Source of the DNA: Azolla caroliniana
Taxonomy: Eukaryota > Plantae > Polypodiophyta
Assembly: GCA_043228905.1 (NCBI GenBank)
Contig: JBHGNT010000015.1
Span: forward strand, 18,166,001 to 18,230,000
Length of the DNA: 64,000 nt
Direction: 5' to 3'
Both the position numbers and the translations under genes were made by a program. The notes beneath the pieces are model-generated. The model was not told the origin of the DNA. It ran no database searches and worked only from the letters and a program-made list of their open reading frames with translations. This document shows positions 14,015-26,994 of the stretch, piece by piece. How positions within the stretch are numbered: the stretch's first letter is position 1; every line of letters begins with the position of its first letter.

Positions 14015-14190
14015 ATTAGTGCGCGCATCCTTTCTTCCATGGCAGCACGCCAATTCGCATCCTTCGCTGCCTCTATGTAGCTTTCCGGCTCACGCATCTC
14101 CGCCACCTTTGCCATATACAGATAGTGATGGGCCAAATGGTTGTCATATCCGTAAGAACGAAAAGGTTCTTTTGGCGGGCGGATCGGTTG
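14015..14190 (-). mobile_element. Copia integrase/RT linker fragment at a rearrangement junction
   Basis: ORF 14008..14211 (MAKVAEMREPESYIEAAKDANWRAAMEE) is homologous to 6358..6705 and is fused to an LTR remnant on one side and a different copia RNase H on the other. Confidence 0.75.
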
Positions 14191-17100
14191 TTGACTTGCG
14201 ACTGTCCACACAGCCGGCGAAGTCTGAGTCGGTGTAACCGGCTACGCCTGAAGTTGAGTTCGGACCGAAAAGGATGCCGTGGTCTTTTGTGCCAGCTAAA
14301 TATCTGAACACATGCTTGACTGCGTTCCAGTGAGATCGGCCGGGATTGTGCATAAATCTAATGATGACTCCTACGACGTGAGAAATATCAGGCCGTGTCG
14401 TGACCATCGCGTACATCAGAGAGCCTACTGCCGGTGCATACGGTACCGGCAGAAAAAGCTGTCTTTTGGCGCGATTCCAACTAATCTTCATTTCGAGTAT
14501 GTGTCTTGACAGACCGAGGTCCTTCATGGCAAACTTCAATCGCAGTTTCCGAACGAGTTCGGTGAGCTCTCCGGTATGCCGACCGGAGAGTAGCATGTCG
14601 TCCACGTAGATGATGAGGAAGATGGGAGAACCGTCTTGAGTTGTTTTGGTGAAGAGGTAGTGGTCCTCATCGCTCTTGGAGAAGCCGACCGACTGGATGA
14701 AATCGTCGAACTTCTTGTACCACTATCGGGGTCCCTATTTCAGGCCGTAAAGACTCTTCCTGAGTCGGTAGACTAGATGTTCCTGACCGGTGGCCACAAA
14801 GCCTTTCGGCTGCTCCATGTAGATTTCCTCCTTTAGATCACCGTGGAGGAATGCCGTTTTCACATCTAGCTGAATCAGCTCCAAATTGTCGGCGGCCACA
14901 ACACCGAGCATGAAACGAAGGGTTGTCATTTTCACCACTGGTGAAAAGATTTCGTCGAAGTCGACGCCATATCCCTGTCGAAATCCCTTCGCAACTAATC
15001 TAGCCTTGTACTTTGGGGTGGTCAAGTCGGACGTCTCCTTTAGTCTATAGACCCACTTGCAAGGAAGAGCACGTCGATTCTTCGGTAAGTCGACCAGATC
15101 CCAAGTCTTGTTGGCGCGGATGGAGTGCATTTCCGACTCCATTGCCAGATGCCAGGTGGCTGAATCGGCAGCTGCCGATGCTTCTTCATAGGACGTCGGT
15201 TCGCCGGCGTCGGTGAAGAAAATTCCGGGAGAGTACCTCTCCGGAGGTTGCGACAGTCTCTCAGATCTTCGAGGTATGACTGAACTGGTCGCACCGGGTG
15301 TCGATGTCGGATGGTCGGAAGCCGAGCCATTCGGCTGTGCCGAATCTGTGGATTCGGTGCAAGAGAAGTCGGTTACCCGTGAAACCGGTCTCCTGTTGTG
15401 TGATGGGCCGTCATGAAGGGTTGGCACTTCGGAAAATATTACCCTTCGGACTTCAATAGGCCTTTCGGCCGTTTTGTGCATAGTCAACTCGTTGAACACG
15501 ACGTCCGAACTTCGGACGATTTTCCTGTGCTCGGGGTCCCAGAGTCGGTATCCGATCTCGCCGTCGGGTCCGTACCCGAGGAAAACGCATTTCCTTGATC
15601 TCGGTTCCAGCTTTCGGTGGTCGTCTTTTGGTATGAGGGCGTATGCCTCGCAACCGAAAATCCTTAGCTTATCATAATTCGGCTTTCTGCCAGTCCATAT
15701 TTCCTGAGGTATCTTAAGTCCTAGAGGTCTACTTGGCGACATATTGATTATGTGTATTGTCGTGAGTAGAGCCTCTGCCCAGAAGCCATCCGGCAATCCG
15801 GAGTGTTGGAGGATGGATACAACGCATTCTTGAATCGTCCGATTCATGCGTTCTGCGATTCCGTTCTGCTCCGGACTATATGGTGCCGTATATTCACGTC
15901 TAATGCCGCGTTCTCGGCAAAATTTGACGAATTCATCAGATTTGAACTCACCTCCATTGTCGGTTCGGAGACACTTCAGTTTCCGACCGGTCTGGTTTTC
16001 GACCATTGCGAGCCAATCTGAGAAGATCGAGAACACCCGATCTTTGGTTCTGATGGGGTAAGCCCACACCTTCCGAGTCGAGTTGTCAATGAAACTGACG
16101 AAGTACGAGGCACCACCGAGTGACTAATGTGGCATTGGGCCACAGACGTCCGAGTGGACCAAATCGAGCGGGCTCGACTCTCTTGGTGCTGATGTCGGGT
16201 GTGATGCGGCTACCTGTTTGCCGTACTAGCAATGCTCGCAAAACTGATGGTCCGAGAAGGAGAGTTTCGGGATGTATCCGGCTCTGGATAGGTGCGTGAT
16301 GCCGGTCTTGCTGAGGTGTCCAAGTCGTCCATGCCATAAGGATGACACAGGGATATCTACCAGAAATTAGTCACCCTCCCTAAGTGTGACATACAAAGGG
16401 TACAATGAGTGTACCTTTGGTCCTCTAGCAAGCAGGAGGTTCCCTCTGTGGAGTGTCCACCCTCCTGATGAGAAACCAGCACGGATGCCAGCTTCATCAA
16501 GTTGTCCGACTGAGATCAAGGTCGTGAGAGCTCAGGAACGTGTCGGACGTTGTGTAGTACGAGTGTAGAGCCACCCGGAAGGTTGAGCTCTACGGTGCCG
16601 ATTCCGATGATAGCACAGTGCTGCAAATTTCCGACTCGAACTGAGTCGGAGTGCCGGTCCAAATATTGCCGAAACTATGATCGGTGAGGTGTCACGTGAT
16701 ACGACGCACCCGAGTCCAGAAGCCATGTGCTCGATTCCTCAGTCGTAAGCAGAACTTTTGATTCGACTGGATTCTCTATGGACAATATGTTCGGGTCGGT
16801 CGTCAATATCTCGGCTGAAGAGCCGACGTAGTTGACTTCCTCATGTCGGTTACTCCTCTGATCAGCTCTCTGAGCTTTGTCTGTCTTTGACTTGAGTACC
16901 CGACAGTCGGCCTTGATGTGTCCCAGTTTCTTGCAGTAGTTGCAGATTCGGGTTTCCCGGGACTTCCTGCGGCTTCGCTGATTTGTCGGTGGTCGGGAAG
17001 AACTTCTTCCCCGGTTGTTCGATCGGTCAGTCGAACCTTGTACTACATATGCTTCTTCTGCTGAGTCTTTGGTGAAAGACTTTCTCCGAGCTGCTTCAGT

Positions 17101-18674
17101 CAGGATTGCACTGGTGACTTCGGAGTACTTGATGGCAGTCGTAGAAGCGTTGCACACAGTTGTAACGAAGGTTTCCCAAGAGGAGGGGAGACTGCTCATG
17201 AGTATCATTGCTCTGAGTTCATTCTCGATTGTCGTCCCCTGTGACGAGATTTGGGAGCTCAAACTTTCGTACTTGTTAAGGTGTGCCTGAATTGAATCGG
17301 AGTCTTTCATCCATAGGTTGTAGAGGCGCCGGATCAAATACATCTTCGTTGAGGCGACCTTCTTTTCGTAGGTTTCCGACAGCTTCTTCCAAAGTTCGAA
17401 GGCTATCGTGCACGATTGCACTGTGAAGTATACTGACTCCGACAGGTGCATCCGAATCGTGGCGCGGACGATTCTGTCCAGCTTTTGCCACTCATTTGCC
17501 TTGTATATTTCTGGAGCAGTTTCATTCTCAATCGGATCGATTTGACCCTTGACTATAAGATAGTCCTGCATTTGCTCCTTCCAAAAATTGAAGTTCGAAC
17601 CGTCGAACCTCCTTAGACTCATTTCCGATGAGCCGGATGTTGATGCCATCAGATTCGGTTTCGGTTGACGAAGCTCGGTTCGGAGTTGACTACGAACCTT
17701 GTTGGAGTGCAGTCGGTCGGCTCACCCGATATCGTTCTAGTCGGATTTGAACCGGAGTCGGTTCGGTTTCAGATATATGTATTGTTGAACTTGCTCGAAT
17801 TGACTCCGGTAACTCGAGGGACAGAACCGACTGGTCTTCCCGAATGTTACCGAGTCGGAGTGACCCCGGTTCGCTTCCGAATATATATGCCAAATACCGA
17901 TTATTGAAGCCAATTATCTGAACCGATTCTGCTTTGGGTGACTGCAACGACGAGAGAGACGGATCCAATTGATCCTCCCGAATGTCGATCAGCCGGATGA
18001 AGCACGAATTGGGGTTGTTATCTTGAGACCGATCTGCACCGAGTGGTTACAACGGGCGGCGAGCAACATTCGGTGACCTGTTCGGATGTCGTTTAACCGA
18101 GTGGAGCACGATCGTGTCAATGTTGCACAAGGGGATTTCACCTCGAGCGGTTACGATCACGAGGAACAGAGTACAGCGACTGGCTTACTCCAAGAGAAGA
18201 TGATCTAACGCGATGAGATGCAAGCCTCGTTTTTCTTCTTCTTCTCTCTTCTCTGTTTCTTCAAATACAAAACAAAAAAAAACAGAATGTTGTGATCCAA
18301 AGATTCGAATGGCGACCGACAGCAGGATGAAGGACATCCAAGCTCTGATACCAAATGTAGGGAATGAAAAAGGCCGTCAATGCGGAAGAGATCACACAGT
18401 ATGAATCTGTGAGGAAGAAATACATGCGTATGAGAGAGGCAAGAACAAATTACGTACAGAGAGAGAGAGAGAGAGGCACAAAGAATATATCTATATTCAT
18501 AAAGGGGCAACCGTTACAACAATGAACAACCAACCTTTACAAAAGGTTACAAAGTCACTTTATATAGTGACTCATTTAGGGCAACTGCCCTTTATGTTAT
18601 TTACAGAGATAGCCCGAACTTGGGCTCTCTAAGAGGATAGTGTGAATACGTCCATTATACATTTGTATTCGACA
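14190..18674 (-). mobile_element. Ty1/copia (Tnt1/Tork-like) element; 3' end lost
   Basis: 5' LTR 18356-18674 (TGTAG..CGACA) and PBS TGGTATCAGAGC at 18342-18353. gag with zinc knuckle CNYCKKLGHIKADC and PR WLLDSGAS (16675..17649). Integrase and RT (14735..16069; LRTDNGGEF, QLDVKTAFLHG). RT end and RNase H start (14144..14605). Confidence 0.92.
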
Positions 18675-20324
18675 CTTCTGTACGTGGACAACATGTTGAT
18701 CGTCGGACGGGACCAAGCCAAAATACGGATGCTGAAGAAGGCTCTCAACCGAACCTTCTCAATGAAAGACTTGGGTCCGGCAAGACAGATGTTGGGGATG
18801 CATATCATCTGGAACTGGTCAACGAAGCAATTGTGGCTGTCACAGGAGAAGTACGTGACAAAGGTGCTTCATCGGTTCAACATGTCAGATGTGAAACCTG
18901 TCGGATCGACACTTCCGGCAAACTGCTGGTTATCTGGTAAGCAAAGCCCGAAGTCGAAAGCAGAGAAGGCTGATATGATAAAGGTTCCATATGCCTCTGC
19001 CGTCGGGAGCCTAATGTACGCAATGGTGTGTACCCGATCGGATATAGGATACACAGTCGGAGTGGTGAGCCGGTTTATGGGCAATCCCGGCAAGGAGCAC
19101 TGGAACGCGGTCAAATGGATAATCCGGTATTTGAAGGGCACTTCAAATATGTGTCTCCGATTCGGCTCCGGAAAACCTCAACTTGACGGTTTCACCGATT
19201 CGGACATGTCGGCTGATGTGGATACTAGCCGGTCTACAACCAGGTATGTAATGACATATGCAGGGGGAGCTATTTCGTGGCAGTCGAGGCTACAGAAGAC
19301 GGTTGCATTGTCAACCACGGAGGCGGAGTACATGGCGGTTGTGGAAGCCAGCAAGGAAATATTATGGATGAAGGACTTCATCGAAGAGCTCGGTATCCGG
19401 CAAAATGAATACCGGCTCTATTGCGACAGTCAAAGTGCCATCACCGTGCTAAGAATGCGGCCTACCATTCCCGGACGAAGCATATCCAGCGAAGGTATCA
19501 CTGGATTAGAGAAAGAGTAGATGACCAGGAGTTCGCGCTGACGAAGATCCACACGGCCGAGAACGGGTCAGATATGCTGACCAAAGTGTTGATACCCGAC
19601 AAGTTGGATGCATGCCGAAAGCGGATCGGACTAGTAAGACACCCCATGCCAGAGTTAAGGGGGAGTTTTTTGGGAGACAGGTCCCTCCGGATGGGAAGGG
19701 AGAAGAATCTGGATGACGAGTACCCGGCTACGGAGAGCCAGATGGTGCAAACCCGGTGAGAACCAGATGAGGAGTACCCGGAAATGGAAGACCCGATGAG
19801 AACCGGATGGGAAGTACCCGGCAAGCGCCGGATGATGCAGGCCCGGTGAGGAGTGCTCACCGGATGAAGAGACATATTCGTAAATATGTTTCTAAGAGTC
19901 CATCGAGGCTAAATTTGTAAATAGCCGAAAAGTCATATTAGTATAAATATGACTTAGGGCAAACTTATTGTAGTAGTTGTTGTCATTCTTGTTGGTGCAA
20001 GAAGTGAGAGCGCGTAACAGTGTATAGAGTGAGAGAGAGAGAGAAAGAGACGAAGGTTTCGTATCTCTGTTGTAACCGCCAACTATGGCGAAGATAGCAA
20101 GCTCGAGGTCGTTGCCTCAGTGCTCCACCATTGTACATTCTTATATACTGATAGTTTGGAGTCTGTGGACTCCCGTGGTTTTTCCCTCTCACGGTTTTCC
20201 ACGTTAAACATCATGTGTACTCTTCTCGCCTTTGAGTCGTGTGTTTCATTTCCCGTTTTCTATGTATGATTCTAAGCTTGGTTGTGGCCGAGCGTTGCGC
20301 ATAGGGAGCGTGCAGTTCCTGTCA
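18675..20324 (+). mobile_element. 3' half of a Ty1/copia element (RT from LLYVDNM, RNase H, PPT, 3' LTR 19668-20324)
   Basis: ORFs 18642..19520 and 19421..19759 (VPYASAVGSLMYAM, LSTTEAEY, RTKHIQRRYHWIRE). PPT AAGGGGGAG near 19657-19665. The LTR matches the inverted solo LTR at 20798-21518. Confidence 0.9.
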
Positions 20325-20797
20325 AGATCTGTGCAGCCCATTAGTGGTTTCATTTCCTCTATGCAAGTTAGCAATGTGTTCTTAGCTCAAGTAATGGTTG
20401 ATACTAAAAGTACTCCTCCAGTACATGTCTTAGCACTCTTAGATTCCGGAGCCAACTCTTGCTTCATGGATAGGAATTTTGCCCAAGCTCATCAGATATC
20501 CCTAAAGAAACTCCCATGTCCAGCCTCTGTAGTAGTCATTGATTGTCGTCCCATTGCTTCTGGGAATATTATAGAAGAGTCAGAACATGTTAATATTGTC
20601 CTAGATAACTTAGCGTGTGTAGTATCATTTAATATAATTAGTATCCTAGAACATCCCATTGTTTTGGGATTACCATGGTTCGAATTGCATAACCCAGCCA
20701 TAGATTGGAGAACAAGAGAACTACGGTGTCGACAAACCCGAGGATCTACTCATAAGATTGCAACCATTTCGCTACATCAGTTGCGTGAGGAAGGACG

Positions 20798-21518
20798 TGA
20801 CAGAAACTAGTCGTTCCTTATACGCACCGCTCGGCCACAATCGAGCTTAGAATCATACACAGAAAACGGGAAATAAAACACACGACACAAAGGAGAGAAA
20901 AAGGTACACAGGATGTTTACATGGAAAACCCAAACTAGGGAAAAAACCACGGCAGCCCACAGGCTGCAAACTATCACTATGCTAGAATGTACAATAGTGA
21001 GTTCACGGAGGCAACGACCTCGTGCTCACGATCTTCGCCACAGGCGGCGATTACAATAGAGGCATCGACCTCTTCCTCTCGCTCTCTCTGTCTCTGTACA
21101 CAGTTACGCGCTCTAATCTCGCGCAGACAAGAATAACAACAACAATAACTATAAGTTTGCCCTAAGTCATATTTATACTAATATGACTTTTCGGCTATTT
21201 ACAAATATAGCCTTGATGGACTCTCAGAAACATATTTACGAATATGTCTCTTCATCCGGTGAGCATTCCTCACTGGGTCTGCACCATCCGGCTCTCCGTA
21301 GCCGGGTACTCCTCATCCGGTTCTCACCGGGCCTGCACCATCCGGCTCTCCGTAGCCGGGTACTCCTCATCCGGTTCTCACCGGGCCTGCACCATCCGGC
21401 TCTCCGTAGCCGGGTACTCCTCATCCGGTTCTCACCGGGTCTGCACCATCCGGCTCTCCGTAGCCGGGTACTCCTCTTCCAGTTTCTCTTTTCATCCGGA
21501 GGGCCCTGTCTCCCAACA
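20798..21518 (-). mobile_element. Solo copia LTR (721 bp) inserted in the chromovirus pol, TSD GGACG
   Basis: TGACA..CAACA ends with GGACG at 20793-97 and 21519-23. Excision restores LREEGR|KEEMFLF. Same family as 19668-20324. Confidence 0.93.
21275..21480. repeat. 54-bp tandem repeat, about 3.8 near-identical copies, in LTR U3
   Basis: GCACCATCCGGCTCTCCGTAGCC recurs at 21281, 21335, 21389 and 21443. Confidence 0.95.
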
Positions 21519-24500
21519 GGACGCAAGGAAGAAATGTTTCTCTTTGCAATATCAGTAAACCCCTCCAGTATCAATAAAGAGGAGTCCACCATTCAACTTC
21601 CAGAGAAGTATCGTCATTATGCCGATGTGTTCGATAAAGTACGAGCTAATACGCTTCCTCACCATCGACCGTATGATTGCCCCATCGATTTACAACCGGG
21701 AAAAGAGCCACCATGAGGACCGATCTACAATTTGTCACCAACCGAGCTAGAAGTCCTTCAAGCCTATATAGAGGAGAATTTGGCAAATGGTTTCATTCGA
21801 CTTTCGAAATCTCCAACTGGCGCACCCATTTTCTTCGTCAAGAAAAAGGATGGATCACTTCGTCTCGTCGTAGATTACCGTCGTTTGAATAAAGTCACCA
21901 TCAGGAATAGGTATGCACTTCCTCTTACCTCAAGTCTTTTAGAACGGATCAATCGAGCAAGGTTCTTCACAAAGATCGACTTACGAGGAGCATATAACCT
22001 CGTATGGATCCGACCAAGAGATGAATGGAAGACTGCGTTTCGCACCAGATATGGGCACTTCGAGTATATGGTCATGCCATTCGGCCGCACTAATGTGCCA
22101 ACAGTCTTCCAACACATGGCAAATGATATATTCCAAGATCTATTGGATGATTTTTTGATTATCTATTTGGATGATCTACTATTTTATTTGAAGACCCAAG
22201 AAGAGCATGATTCTCATGTACTATTAGTACTAAAACGACTTCGAGAACATGGTCTTTATGCAAAACTGGAAAAATGTAGTTTTGGGTGCAACCAAGTAGA
22301 ATTTTTGGGCTATGTCATTTCCTCAGAAGGCATCTCCATGGATCCATCTAAGGTCAAAACGGTGGTTGAGTGGCAGACTTCTCGTTCGTTGCGAGATGTG
22401 CAATGCTTTTTAGGATTTGCCAATTTTTACCGCAAGTTCATACAGGATTACTCAAAGCTTGTTCTGCCTCTCACACAACTTACCAGGAAGGGAAAATCGT
22501 TCATTTGGTCTGAAGAAGTGGACATTTCTTTCGAAAGTCTGAAGAAGGCATTTGCATCAGCTCCTATTTTAGTTCATGTTGATCCAGAAAAACCATTCAT
22601 CATTGAAGCAGACGCGTCGGATTTCGCCTTGGGTAGCATTCTATCTCAACAAGCCGATGATGAAAAGCTACATCCTGTGGCTTTCTATTCACGCAAGTTT
22701 GACACCGCGAAAATCATTTATGAAATTCATGATAAGGAGCTATTAGCAATAGTGGACTCTTTTATGCAATGGAGGCATTTTCTAGATGGGTCTTCTCATC
22801 AAGTCATTGTATTTAGTGATCACAAAAACCTTGCCTACTTTCAGAATGCTCGTGTGTTAAATCGATGTCAAGCTTGGTGGGCCCAATTCCTCACTCGTTT
22901 CTACTTCAAAATTACATATCGTCTGGGAAAGAAACAAGGGAAGGCAAATGCATTATCACGGCGTTCGTATCTAACACCGCGTCCCAGCGAGCCGGCTTTC
23001 AATAACCAAAAGCAAGTAATCTTGGGACCGGCACGACTGCAAGAAACGCAGGTCTTCGGTATGCCCTTGGATTCCCACGTTATCGATACCATACGTGAGG
23101 ACTTGAAGATAGATGTTTTCACTCAAGCCATTCTAGCACAAATTGATCCCTCTCGAGCATCTTGTTCACAGTCGCAACAACCAGGTACGGAATATCGACA
23201 CTTCGAATGTCATGATGGATTATTAATCTTTAAGAAACTCTTGTATGTTCCTAATGGTACTTGTCACCTTCAAGTAGTCCATAACTGTCATGACACATAT
23301 ACAGTTGAGCATTTTGGTAGTACTAAAACACTAGATTTAGTACAACGATCCTTCTAGTGGCCCCATATGCGACAATTTGTCAATGATTTTGTTCGGACTT
23401 GTGATTCATGTTGCAAAGCAAAAATGCCAAGGCATCATCCATATGGTTTATTAGAACCATTACCAATTCCAAGCAAGCCATGGCAATCCATTGCCCTAGA
23501 TTTAATCACAAATCTTCCTGTCTATAAGGGATTCGATGTGATCTTAAAAGTAGTAGATCGATATACAAAGACGACCTATTTCCTACCATTTACTAAGCAA
23601 ATCTCTAGTGAAGAAACCCCTGAAATTTTCATGCGTGAAGTATGTCGGCATCATGGCCTTCTCGATAGTATCATCAGTGACCGTGGACCCCAGTTCCTCT
23701 CGAAGTTCTGGAAGCACCTCTTTCTAATGCGTAAGGTCACTTGTAACCTTTCCTCCGGATACAACCCGCACACAGACGGCCAAGCAGAACGAACAAATCA
23801 AACGCTGGAGCAGTATCTTTGGTGCTTTTTAAGCTATCATCAAGATGACTCGGCGGATATTCTCCACTTTGCCGAATTTGCGTATAATAACTCTGTCCAC
23901 TCATCGACAAAGGTGACACTATTTTATGCTTACACGGGATGTCATCCCCGGTGGTGTGTATTTGAAACCCCAGAGTTACGTACAAATCCTTGTGCAGAGG
24001 ATCGTTTGGAGCGGCTACGTAAGATACAAGCGGATTTATCTACTCATCTACAAGAAGCTCAACAAACATGCAAGGTTTACGTGGATCGTCATCGGCTTCC
24101 ATCCATTTTTGACATTGGAGATCGGGTGTGGCTACTACGACGACACATCAAGACTAGTCGCCCGTGCGAGAAGTTGGATTACCGGCGATTAGGTCCTTTC
24201 CATATTATCGGAAAAATTAATGATGTCACTTTTCGTCTCGATCTACCTCCACAACTTCGGATACATCCAGTATTTCATAGTTCTCTCCTCGAACCCTATC
24301 AAGACAGCACCATCCCAGGTTGTATTAAACAACCTCCACCCCCGATCGAGCTCGAAGATGGACTTGAGTACGAGGTCGCCGCCATCCTCGATTCCAAGAT
24401 TGTTCACAACAAGCTCTACTATTTAGTCGATTGGCTAGGATATAGTCCCAACGAACATACTTGGGAACCAATAGAGAATGTGACCAATGCTCGTTCTCTT

Positions 24501-25044
24501 CTTGAAGACTTCCATCGTCAATATCCAGACAAACCGGGTCCTCAATCCAAAACGACTCGTGACACTTGTCGTTTGAAAATGGGGATAGTGTCATGATATG
24601 GCAACACTTGAACCCATGACCTTATGTTACATGGGTCGAGCTCTTGACCATTAGACTATATGTTGTAATACAAAAGATATTATTTTCATTTAGGTTTTAC
24701 TATAGAAAATTGATTTATATTCCAGATTTCTCTGGAACATTCTAGAAACTTCAGGAATACTCCTGAGAACACTATAAAAGGAGGCACAAGGCATTATTTC
24801 GAACCAAATCGGTTCAACACTAGTCTTATGCCTCCTTGCTACTATTGTATATTCCCTTAACATAATATATATCATTTGTTATCCTCATTCTCTCTCTCTC
24901 TCTCGATCTCTTTCACTCACTCACTCTCTCCTTCTCTCGAGAGTTCTACACCTTAGTACTAATCCTCATCTTTTAGTACTAATTCCTTCTCTGTTTTAGT
25001 ACTGTTCCTGACAGTACTTCTCTGTTTTAGTATTGCTCTTGACA

Positions 25045-26158
25045 ACTACAACGTGATTTGCGGCGATGTCGTTGACATGATCCAAAAAGTGCCAAAGAAG
25101 GAATATACGCTAATGATTGGACCGTGATATTCCATATGGATTTCCAATGGCAAGGTCATCATACAATGATGAACCTTTTAGGTTCAAACAATTAGAGAAG
25201 ATGGTCAAGGATTTTCCAGAGCTAACGATTGCATCCTTGTGGAGAATAGTTGTCTTTCATAGTATGTACCAAGGGTACTCGATAGCTCAAGCTTTGAGAT
25301 CTCATTGCCATGGCATCGAGAACCTTGCATGGTAAGGATTATTTATAAGTTTCATTCACTATATTGTCGTTCTTAATATTGTTCAGTCTATTCTTAACTC
25401 AATGCAATATTTGTTATAGGATAAAAACCAATGTCAATAAAGGGCCAACCTTTCGGTTCATAAATGCCATTGAATACATTACGGTTGGCTACTTCGATGA
25501 AATAAAGAAACAAAGAATCAAGGAGCATTCAAATGAAGTCGAAGGTTCAAATCTGTTGGTATATCCAGCAATGACACAGAAATTGTGACATGTCACCATG
25601 ACAGAACAGGGACTTGTCAATGCATACCAAAAACCTCAACGACTTATGATGCGCTTGATCGAGATGTTTTCTGTAGAAGGAGATTGGATATTAAACCTCT
25701 TTTCTGGCACAAGTATTCCTCGAACTAGGTTAACGATCTTGAGATAACCAATACTGATTCTTTTTTGTTTGAAAACTAATTCTTCTTGTTGCTTTCTTCA
25801 CAAGGACAACGTCTGCATCTGCATTGAAGCTCTTTAGAAACACAGTTGCATTGGAGAAGGACGAGGAGCACAGTTATATTTATAAACATGAGGATTAAGG
25901 CTTTATGGGAGTGCCCAGACCATGACGAGGAGGTCGATGCAAAGAACCTCACTGATACCGAAAGGTTTCAACCTGCTTCGCGAGAGCCTATTCCTCCATT
26001 AGTTGAGGAACCGGGGGAGCTAATAGAGCTTGATGATGAGCTTATAGAAGATATTGCGTTGGCTCGGCTAACAGGGGAAGACAATGCATGTAGAGCCGAA
26101 GAGACTTCTATAAGAGATGAAGAAGAAAATGACATTGACGATTTGTTTGCTATGTAAT
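25045..26158 (+). pseudogene. Decayed, apparently spliced coding remnant of unknown identity (gene fragment or DNA transposon)
   Basis: Broken ORFs 25117..25335, 25364..25588 and 25846..26157 (acidic tail) with intron-like GT..AG segments at about 25332-25419 and 25729-25804. No recognised domain. Confidence 0.3.
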
Positions 26159-26640
26159 AGACTCTTTTGTTGACGAAATGTATTGTTTGGAATTCACATT
26201 ACTAATACAAATTCTGGGTTCTACTTGGTGTATTCCATTCTTTATATTTTTCTATATGTTTCAATTTTATTTCTATATACTCGGTTTGTTGACTTATGAC
26301 ATTGGTTTCACCGCGTGTATTGCTGACTACCAATATGGAGAAACATGAATTAGTTTACATTAAGGCTGATTTCGGTCAAACTTTACCTTAACATAACATG
26401 CTCGTAGAATTGTTGCCATGACTGTCCATGTTGTTATTTGCGATCAATTGTCGAGATTGTCATTCCGTGTCTAATATATACCAATCCATATATTATGGAT
26501 CTTTGTCTTCTATTGCTAAAACTATTATGTTTCTCTTCCATTGTTGCTTAGATTGTGTAGTGTGTTGATAATAGTTCCACTCTAAGCGTTATCCGCATGG
26601 TTTTATACGCTTCTAGTTCCACTAGCATTATCGTTCGGAG

Positions 26641-26910
26641 TTTGATCCCGTGTGAATCACCTAAGGAATATAGATTAGATCAATTTTAAATACAAGTATT
26701 GAAAGCCTTAATAGGTTTGTTATTTCCATCACATTATCCTAAAGTTCATTGTCTTACATTGTCCACAATTATCTACATATGGTTTGATCCCATGCGAACA
26801 AACTAAGGAATAGATTAGATCAACTTTAAATACAAGTATTAAATACCTTAGTAAGTTTGTTATTCCAATCACATTATCCTAAAGCTCACTATCCTACATT
26901 GTCCACAAGT
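26641..26910. repeat. Tandem duplication of about 140 bp
   Basis: TTTGATCCC..CTAAGGAATA..TAGATTAGATCAA..ACATTATCCTAAAG..ACATTGTCCACAA occurs twice. Confidence 0.8.
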
Positions 26911-26994
26911 ACACTAAATTATAACTCATTTTATTAGCATGGTTACAAGTACACCTCATATTTTTGTAAAACTTACCAAAATAATATAAGTCTT

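Larger units (their letters stand above)
20325..25044 (+). mobile_element. Ty3/gypsy chromovirus (Tcn1-like): PR-RT-RH-INT-chromodomain plus 3' LTR; 5' part missing
   Basis: ALLDSGANSCF (PR). ORF 21732..23357 (LRLVVDYRRLN, IYLDDLL, RNase H). ORF 23367..24596 (ISDRGPQF, DGQAERTNQ, chromodomain YEVAAILDS..YLVDWLGY..TWEP). PPT at about 24576-24588 and LTR from TGTCA at 24589 to ..TGACA at 25013 or 25044. Stops are present. The Tcn1 clade call is inference. Confidence 0.92.
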
